Source: an uncultured Maribacter sp. (GTDB lineage: Bacteria > Bacteroidota > Bacteroidia > Flavobacteriales > Flavobacteriaceae). From it: DNA of 33,384 nt. A model generated the notes under the pieces. It saw only the letters and a list, made by a program, of their open reading frames with translations. It ran no database searches and was not told the origin of the DNA. The stretch's first letter is position 1, and every line of letters begins with the position of its first letter. Made by a program: the position numbers and the translations under genes. This document shows positions 26,722 through 33,384 of this stretch, one piece after another. The stretch covers positions 1 to 33,384 of the forward strand of contig CAZYQR010000001.1 in assembly GCA_964649755.1 (NCBI GenBank), read 5' to 3'.

Positions 26722-27813
26722 ATGGATTTTAAAACGCCCATTTTTGTAGCATTTATAGCATTTACCTCATTGTATGGCCAAGATGATACCGCTTTGGTAT
26801 GGCACAATCCGATAAAAATAGTCGATAAATTTGAAGGCCAGGGCTGGGAAAACATAGATTATAACCGTCTACCAGATAAGGCAGAAAAAGTGGTAAGAAC
26901 CCCCCTGTGGAATCTATCAAGAAACTCTGCCGGATTGCAAGTCCTGTTTGAAACTGACGCGTCTTCAATTGCTGTTCGATACAAGGTTAGTGGAAATCAC
27001 AGTATGCCCCATATGCCAGCTACTGGTGTAAGTGGTGTTGACCTATATGTTAAAAAGGATAATGAATGGGTTTGGTGCAGAGGTAGGTATCAATTTAAAG
27101 ACACTATTACCTATGATTATAATGTCAACTTCACCCCTTTAGGTGTTCGGGAATACCAATTGTTCTTGCCTCTATATAATTCAGTAAAAGACCTCTCCAT
27201 TGGTGTTCCAATTGACAATACATTCGTCATTAGCCCGATTAGAGATCCTAAACCTATCGTGATTTATGGTACTTCAATCGCGCAAGGTGCCTGCGCCTCT
27301 AGACCGGGCATGGCATGGACCAACATTTTATCCAGAAAATTGGACCACCCAATTATTAACTTAGGTTTTTCTGGCAATGGCCGATTAGAGTCTGAATTGA
27401 TAGAGTTATTGACAGAGATTGATGCTTCAATCTATATTTTGGATTGTCTCCCTAATCTATCTCCTAATGAGAATAGGACCAAGGCAGAAATACAAAAACG
27501 AATTGTAAATAGCGTTGGTTTATTGAAAGAAAAACGTCCAAATACCCCTATTTTATTAGTACAGCATGCCGGATATTCCGATGGTTTGGTCAATAGTTCA
27601 AGAAAAGACATATACGAATCACTGAATTCCTGGATGTCCGAAACCTTTGAACAACTTAAATCACAAGATGTGCAAGATCTTTATATGCTTTCCAAAGAAG
27701 AAATAGCATTAGGAAACGATGCCTTCGTCGATGGCACTCACCCTACAGATTTGGGAATGCAAAAATATGCCAATGCCTACGAAAAGATGTTAATCCAAAT
27801 AAAACAGAAATAA
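26722..27813 (+). CDS. SGNH/GDSL esterase with N-terminal GxDLY domain
   Basis: Signal peptide; GVDLY; block I YGTSI, block II NLGFSGNG, block V DGTHP. Confidence 0.88.
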   Translation: MDFKTPIFVAFIAFTSLYGQDDTALVWHNPIKIVDKFEGQGWENIDYNRLPDKAEKVVRTPLWNLSRNSAGLQVLFETDASSIAVRYKVSGNHSMPHMPATGVSGVDLYVKKDNEWVWCRGRYQFKDTITYDYNVNFTPLGVREYQLFLPLYNSVKDLSIGVPIDNTFVISPIRDPKPIVIYGTSIAQGACASRPGMAWTNILSRKLDHPIINLGFSGNGRLESELIELLTEIDASIYILDCLPNLSPNENRTKAEIQKRIVNSVGLLKEKRPNTPILLVQHAGYSDGLVNSSRKDIYESLNSWMSETFEQLKSQDVQDLYMLSKEEIALGNDAFVDGTHPTDLGMQKYANAYEKMLIQIKQK

Positions 27814-27840
27814 CCAAAGTTCAAAATACCATAAATACTT

Positions 27841-29346
27841 ATGAAAAAAACACTACTTACTATTCTGATCATTACGCATCTTACGGCATTAGCACAAAAA
27901 GAGACAAAAGAGGAGATAAAACCAATTCCTAAACCACAGTCTTTTGTGACATCGCATCAGGGAACGTTTAATGGTAAAACCATAAAATATAAAGCTACTG
28001 CCAAAGAATCCTATTTAAAAAATAGCAAAGGGGATTCTGTTGCGTCTATATGGTCAGTGGCATATACCCAAGATGGTATCGCCAATAGTACAAAAAGACC
28101 AGTAACCTTTGTATTTAATGGTGGTCCGGGCTCAGCCTCAGTATGGTTGCATATGGGTTTGTTTGGTCCTAAAATCGTTAAAGTAGATTCAGATGCCAAG
28201 AAAGATGATGGAGCCGCTCCCTACGATTTAAGGACCAATGAACATGGCCTTTTGGATTTAACCGATTTGGTATTTGTAGATCCGGTTGGTACGGGGTATA
28301 GCAGAGTCATTGGTAAAGGAAAAGAAAAGGATTATTGGGGCTTAAAAGAGGATGCTAAATCTGTAGCACAGTTCATGCGCCAATGGATTACCGAAAATAA
28401 ACGTTGGTTTTCGCCAAAATATATCGCTGGCGAAAGCTTTGGAACTACGCGCGCAGCTGCAGTAGGCAAAGAATTGGAAGGCGGTGGGCAAAATATGGCC
28501 TTAAACGGACTTATATTAATATCCCAGGCTTTGGATTATGATGGTTCTACTTCAATACACAATAATATTACCTCCTATGTAACCTATTTACCAAGTATGG
28601 CAGCCACGGCGTGGTACCATAAAAAAGCAGGGGAAGGCAAAAATCTGGAAGATTTCATAGCCGAGTGTCGAAAATTCACTTATGACGTCTATACCCCAGC
28701 TTTGTACAAAGGGTCCTTACTAACCGAAAATGAGAAAAATTCCATTGCCGAAAAATTGGCCTATTTCATTGGACTGGACAAAGACTATATCCTAAGATCT
28801 GATTTTCGTGTTTTAATGCATCGTTTTCAAAAACAATTATTGGCAGATAAAGGGCTTTCTATTGGCCGTTTGGATGGGAGGTTCATGGGTGATGAAGCTG
28901 ATAAACTATCTGAAAATCCGCATTTGGGAGATGCCGCTAGCTATCAAATAAGTTCGGCCTATACTGCAGCTTTGAACCATTATTATGCTTCAGTCCTAAA
29001 AGTAGAAATGGATAGGCCATATTTGACATCGAACGGCAAAATTGGAAGCAAATGGCGATGGAGAACAGTCCCAGATGGCAGTTATTGGGAACCTACCCCC
29101 GTTAATGTTTCAAGGGCTTTAGGAGAGACAATGCGGCGAAATACCGATATGAAAGTCCTTGTTGCCAGTGGGTATTATGATTTGATCACTCCTTTTTTCG
29201 ATGCTGAATATACCTTTTCAAGAAACGGTATAGTAAAGGAAAGGGTTGAAATGACCTATTATGAAGCTGGGCATATGATGTACACGCACGAACCTGATTT
29301 AATTAAATTATCTGGGGATATTAGACGGTTTTTAACCTCAAAATAA
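27841..29346 (+). CDS. S10-family serine carboxypeptidase, secreted
   Basis: Signal peptide; FNGGPGSAS, DPVGTGYS, GESFG (Ser), GYYDL (Asp), AGHM (His). Confidence 0.92.
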   Translation: MKKTLLTILIITHLTALAQKETKEEIKPIPKPQSFVTSHQGTFNGKTIKYKATAKESYLKNSKGDSVASIWSVAYTQDGIANSTKRPVTFVFNGGPGSASVWLHMGLFGPKIVKVDSDAKKDDGAAPYDLRTNEHGLLDLTDLVFVDPVGTGYSRVIGKGKEKDYWGLKEDAKSVAQFMRQWITENKRWFSPKYIAGESFGTTRAAAVGKELEGGGQNMALNGLILISQALDYDGSTSIHNNITSYVTYLPSMAATAWYHKKAGEGKNLEDFIAECRKFTYDVYTPALYKGSLLTENEKNSIAEKLAYFIGLDKDYILRSDFRVLMHRFQKQLLADKGLSIGRLDGRFMGDEADKLSENPHLGDAASYQISSAYTAALNHYYASVLKVEMDRPYLTSNGKIGSKWRWRTVPDGSYWEPTPVNVSRALGETMRRNTDMKVLVASGYYDLITPFFDAEYTFSRNGIVKERVEMTYYEAGHMMYTHEPDLIKLSGDIRRFLTSK

Positions 29347-29348
29347 CG

Positions 29349-32159
29349 ATGAAAAAAACAATACTTTTATTGGTTGCCTTGCTTCTTGTGGGTTGTGTTA
29401 ATAAAAACGACGTTCCAGAAAATACCTTATGGATTGCCTCTGCTCCAGCAGGAACTGAATTCACAAAAATTGATAAGGAAGGGAAAACCATAATTCCAAA
29501 CGGCCGATACATTACCCCTATAGGCAAAAGTATTAGTACTGCGCCTCACCCTTATGGTCTGACCTTAAGTCCGGATGGAAATGTTGCCGTTACGGCCAAT
29601 TCTGGCACCAGCCCATTGTCAATTACCATAGTTCGCAATATCTTGTCAGATCATCCAGAAGTACAACAAGTGCCTCCAGGCCCATCGACCGATAAAGGAG
29701 TATTGGCGTCGGTATTTATGGGACTTGCCATTTCACCAAACAACGAAACTATCTATGTCGCTGGGGGGCAAGAGAACAAAATCTTTTTATTCGATGTAAA
29801 AACCGGAGAGAAAAAGGGAGTCATAGATTGCTCTTATGTTTCTGGAGCCGTTAATTATGCAGATGGGTATATTGGCGACTTGACATTGAGCAAAAATGGT
29901 GAAACACTTTATGCGGTTGACCAGATAGGATTTAGAATGGTCGTGATTGATACTGAAAGCAAAACTTTGAAACAGTCGATCCCTGTGGGTAGATATCCTT
30001 TTGGTATTTGCCTTTCCCCAGATGAAAAAAAGGCCTATGTGGCCAATGTAGGGATGTTCGAATATGGGTTTATAAAGGATGGGAGCGATGAAGGTGCGTC
30101 AATAAAACCTATTAATTATCCTGCTTTTGCCTATCAGTCTAAAGAAATGATTGAAGGTATCGAAAATGACAGCATATCAATACCTGCCCTAGGTGATCCT
30201 AATGCCATTGAATCTTTTTCTGTTTTTGCCATAGACCTGGAAGTTGCCAAAACTCCAATAGTTAGTGCCAAGATTAAAACAGGACACCTAGTTGGCGCCT
30301 TGGTTGAAGACATCCCCGCTGTTGGTGGTTCCAGCCCCAATTCAATTGTGGCTACCGACAAATATGCCTTTGTGAGCAATGGGAACAATGATAATATTTC
30401 TGTTATATCCATTGAAAAAGATACGGTTGTAAATACTATTTATCTAAAGCCTGATGAACGTATAAAACAATTTAGGGGCGTAATCCCTTTTGGTCTGGCG
30501 TTGAGTCCGGATAAAAAACGATTATATGTCGCAGAATCGGGAATCAATGCCATAGCAGTCATAAACGTTGCCGATTTTAAGGTTTTAGGGCATATTCCTT
30601 CGGGATGGTTTCCATCAAAAGTTGAAGTAAGCCAGGATGGTAAAAAATTGATTGTTGCCAACGCCAAAGGCTTTGGTAGTGGGCCAAATGGAGGCAAGAC
30701 CTTTAATCTAGGCCCGGAGGGCAGTTATATTGGTTCATTGATGAAGGGAACGGTTCAGGTAATGGATATCCCGTCTGACGACCAACTTCCCGCTTTGACC
30801 CAACAGGTGATTGCGAACAATTTTAAATTCACACTATCAGATGATGCCGTTTTTGAAAATAGAAAAGACAATCCGATTCCCTTATATCCTGGGGAAAAAG
30901 AAAGTCCGATAAAACATATCGTTTTTATCTCAAAAGAGAATAGAACCTACGATGAGGTATTCGGACAAATTGAAAAAGCCAAAGGCGATCCGTCCATTGC
31001 CCGATATGGTAAAAATGCAAGCTTTTACAATAAAGAAAAAACCGATTCTGTTCTCAATACTACGGTAATGCCCAACCACCTTGCTTTGGCACAACAGTTT
31101 GCTATTTCAGATAATTTTTATGTAGACGCCGATGTTTCTGCGGATGGTCATCGCTGGTTGGTTAATACCTATCCCAATGAGTGGTGTGAAACCTCAACTG
31201 CTGCCAGTTATGGTGGTAATAGGGACTTTAAGGAAAACTCAAAATCTCCTGGTATTTTTGCAATGAATGGAGCTGCTGGGGCTATTTACCCAGAAGATTA
31301 TAACGAAGCGGGTTCAATGTGGGATCATTTGGAGCGTCATAATGCCAGTTTTTATAATTTTGGATTCAGTGTAATGTTCGAGCCCGCGCTTTACAAAGAG
31401 GAGTACAAATACACAGGTATACACCAGTATATCAATTATCCTATGCCACAACCACTTTATGAGCGAACTTCAAGAAAATTCCCAACCTATAATATGGCCA
31501 TTCCGGATCAATTTAGAGTGGATCAATTCGAAAAAGAGTTTGATGAAAAATGGATAAAGGGAAATGAAGCAATGCCCCAATTGATCACTGTAATACTCCC
31601 TAATGACCATGGCGCCGGTGAACGTCCAGAAGCGGGTTATCCCTTTAGGGAGAGCTATATGGCCGATAATGATCTAGCGGTTGGCAGAATCGTTGAATAC
31701 CTATCCCATACACCTCAATGGAAGAATATGTTGATCGTCATCACAGAGGACGATGCCCAAAACGGTGTGGATCATATTGACGCCCACAGAAGCATTTTGA
31801 TGCTGATTTCCCCATGGGTGAAACGGGACTATATTAGTAGTGTTCATTACAGTTTTGGGAGCTTGTTTAAATCGTTTTGGAACATTATGGGTTTACCCTA
31901 TTTAAATCAATATGATGCCGGAGCTAGTGATCTAAATGATTTTTTTACTAACACTCCAGACTTTAGGCCCTATAATGCCCTTAAAGTAAATTCACAAATG
32001 TTCGACCCGCAAATGGCTTTAGATCCTTTTGATGAGCATTTCAACTGGAAAGCTTTGGAAGAATCTCCTCAAATAGACAATATGGAAGATATGATGAAAG
32101 AAAGTAAAGAGCAAGATATAGATCGTTTGGAAAACCGTGAAAAGACCAAGGATCAATGA
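29349..32159 (+). CDS. YncE/YVTN beta-propeller fused to a phosphoesterase (alkaline phosphatase superfamily) domain, lipoprotein
   Basis: Lipobox LLVGC; propeller repeats (PYGLTLSPDG, PFGICLSPD, PFGLALSPD); phosphoesterase motifs IKHIVFISKENRTYD, SDNFY, PNDH, EDDAQNGVDH. Confidence 0.88.
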   Translation: MKKTILLLVALLLVGCVNKNDVPENTLWIASAPAGTEFTKIDKEGKTIIPNGRYITPIGKSISTAPHPYGLTLSPDGNVAVTANSGTSPLSITIVRNILSDHPEVQQVPPGPSTDKGVLASVFMGLAISPNNETIYVAGGQENKIFLFDVKTGEKKGVIDCSYVSGAVNYADGYIGDLTLSKNGETLYAVDQIGFRMVVIDTESKTLKQSIPVGRYPFGICLSPDEKKAYVANVGMFEYGFIKDGSDEGASIKPINYPAFAYQSKEMIEGIENDSISIPALGDPNAIESFSVFAIDLEVAKTPIVSAKIKTGHLVGALVEDIPAVGGSSPNSIVATDKYAFVSNGNNDNISVISIEKDTVVNTIYLKPDERIKQFRGVIPFGLALSPDKKRLYVAESGINAIAVINVADFKVLGHIPSGWFPSKVEVSQDGKKLIVANAKGFGSGPNGGKTFNLGPEGSYIGSLMKGTVQVMDIPSDDQLPALTQQVIANNFKFTLSDDAVFENRKDNPIPLYPGEKESPIKHIVFISKENRTYDEVFGQIEKAKGDPSIARYGKNASFYNKEKTDSVLNTTVMPNHLALAQQFAISDNFYVDADVSADGHRWLVNTYPNEWCETSTAASYGGNRDFKENSKSPGIFAMNGAAGAIYPEDYNEAGSMWDHLERHNASFYNFGFSVMFEPALYKEEYKYTGIHQYINYPMPQPLYERTSRKFPTYNMAIPDQFRVDQFEKEFDEKWIKGNEAMPQLITVILPNDHGAGERPEAGYPFRESYMADNDLAVGRIVEYLSHTPQWKNMLIVITEDDAQNGVDHIDAHRSILMLISPWVKRDYISSVHYSFGSLFKSFWNIMGLPYLNQYDAGASDLNDFFTNTPDFRPYNALKVNSQMFDPQMALDPFDEHFNWKALEESPQIDNMEDMMKESKEQDIDRLENREKTKDQ

Positions 32160-33130
32160 AGCTAATCAAACTATTGATATGCATATTGATTTTTACTTCC
32201 TGTTCAGGACCTTCGAAAGAAAAGAAAGGGCCTGTTACGCAAGAAATACCTGCAGCTATTATAAATGAAACTTCGTTGGTGGTCTTAGGTACAGTACAAG
32301 ACGCCGGCTCACCCCATATTGCCTGTAAAAAAGAATGTTGTAAAGAACTATTTGTAAATCCAGATGCAAATCGAAAAGTAGTCTCTTTGGGTTTAATAGA
32401 TGCCGAAAATGAAAAGACATACTTATTTGAAGCGACACCTGACATCTCAGAGCAACTTAAAAATTTAAAGAACAAATCACCTTTCAATGCTACTGAAATA
32501 CCAAATGGTATTTTTATTACGCATGCCCACATAGGCCATTATACTGGACTTATGTACCTAGGTAAAGAAGCCACAAACACAAAAAATGCAGTAGTATACG
32601 CCATGCCCAAGCTGAAGACTTTTTTAGAAACCAATGGCCCATGGGGCCAATTGGTCTCCAATAAAAACATAGGGCTGGAAGAAATTCATAATAATGAGGA
32701 GATTAATTTATCGCCAAATATAAAAGTCATGCCAATTAGGGTGCCCCATCGCGATGAATATTCAGAAACTGTTGGCTTTAGAATTATCGGCCCAAACAAA
32801 AGTGTTTTGTTCATACCTGATATTGACAAATGGCAAAAATGGGAAACCAGTATTGTAGAAGCTGTCGTGGACGTGGACTATGCATTGATTGATGCAACCT
32901 TTTATGATGCGGCCGAAATTAACAATCGTGATATTTCTGAAATTCCCCATCCGTTTGTGATTGAAACTATGGAACTTTTTAAGAACGAAGCGGATTCAAC
33001 CAAAAATAAGATCCATTTTATTCATTTGAACCATACCAATCCGCTCTTGAATCCAGAAAGCGAGGAATCCAATACGGTATTGGCAAGGGGATTCAATACT
33101 GCTAGAATCAATGATATCATCGCACTTTAA
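32156..33130 (+). CDS. MBL-fold metallo-hydrolase, PqqB/PhnP-like, lipoprotein
   Basis: Lipobox FTSC; LGTVQDAGSPHIACKKECC, THAHIGH, VPHRDE, DATFY, IPHP, IHLNHTNP. ATGA overlap with the upstream gene. Confidence 0.82.
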   Translation: MKLIKLLICILIFTSCSGPSKEKKGPVTQEIPAAIINETSLVVLGTVQDAGSPHIACKKECCKELFVNPDANRKVVSLGLIDAENEKTYLFEATPDISEQLKNLKNKSPFNATEIPNGIFITHAHIGHYTGLMYLGKEATNTKNAVVYAMPKLKTFLETNGPWGQLVSNKNIGLEEIHNNEEINLSPNIKVMPIRVPHRDEYSETVGFRIIGPNKSVLFIPDIDKWQKWETSIVEAVVDVDYALIDATFYDAAEINNRDISEIPHPFVIETMELFKNEADSTKNKIHFIHLNHTNPLLNPESEESNTVLARGFNTARINDIIAL

Positions 33131-33384
33131 GAAACATATTGCCCAAGTACTTGGTAGTCCCATTTCGAAAGTCAATACAGTTTCTGGGGGTGATATTTCA
33201 AAGGCATATTGTGTACATACCTCCACGCAACGTTTTTTCCTCAAGGTAAATAAAAGTGCCATTGCATTGGAAATGTTCCTTGCAGAAAAAAAGGGCCTTG
33301 AAAACATTAATCTCGCCAAAACAATCCAAGCCCCGGAAGTGCTGGGTTATGGACAATATGAGAGCAGTTCTTATATATTGATGG
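33111..33384 (+). CDS. Fructosamine kinase family protein, truncated by the window edge
   Basis: Hand translation from ATG 33111: MISSHFKKHIAQVLGSPISKVNTVSGGDISKAY...RFFLKVN...MFLAEKKGL...IQAPEV. The frame is open to the end, with family motifs GGDI, FxK and MFxAExxGL. Not in the ORF track. Confidence 0.85.
   Translation, partial: MISSHFKKHIAQVLGSPISKVNTVSGGDISKAYCVHTSTQRFFLKVNKSAIALEMFLAEKKGLENINLAKTIQAPEVLGYGQYESSSYILM

Noticed and set aside
32156-33130. PQQ biosynthesis cluster (pqqB)
   Set aside because: No pqqA peptide or pqqC/D/E, the protein has a lipoprotein signal, and the metal motif differs.
1-33384. CRISPR arrays, tRNA/rRNA, IS elements, prophage or defence genes, pseudogenes
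   Set aside because: Intergenic gaps are all under 250 bp with no repeat-spacer or cloverleaf patterns; no such protein motifs; complete ORFs are full-length for their families. Checked by eye only.

Overview
AT-rich bacterial chromosomal segment, most consistent with a Flavobacteriaceae (Bacteroidota) genome: TAnnTTTG-type -7 promoter elements, essentially no Shine-Dalgarno sites, many lipoprotein signal peptides, and the rbfA-LolC/E-permease and rnpA-S41 gene pairs. It holds 22 complete CDS, a fructosamine-kinase-family gene truncated by the right edge (missing from the ORF track), and possibly a gene start at the left edge. Housekeeping genes (rbfA, dusB, lepA, rnpA) are interspersed with six peptidase families (M28, S8, M1, M14-like, S41, S10), ion and amino-acid transporters, and a co-oriented cluster of mostly exported hydrolases (GH20, SGNH, S10, propeller-phosphoesterase, PqqB/PhnP-like MBL, fructosamine kinase). 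I saw no rRNA, tRNA, CRISPR array, transposase, integrase or prophage gene. The best candidate for an undescribed system is the two-gene unit at 18379-21453: a glutamate-cysteine-ligase-family (COOH-NH2 ligase) enzyme fused to a CBS pair, coupled to an AstE/AspA-family zinc deacylase, preceded by a Crp/Fnr-geometry palindrome. Secondary candidates are a divergent TolB-like propeller / M28-PDZ lipoprotein pair sharing 35 bp, an orphan exported PqqB-like enzyme coupled to a phosphoesterase, an apparently leaderless rbfA, and a uORF-in-hairpin leader on lepA. All family calls come from motifs read by eye; no database search was run.
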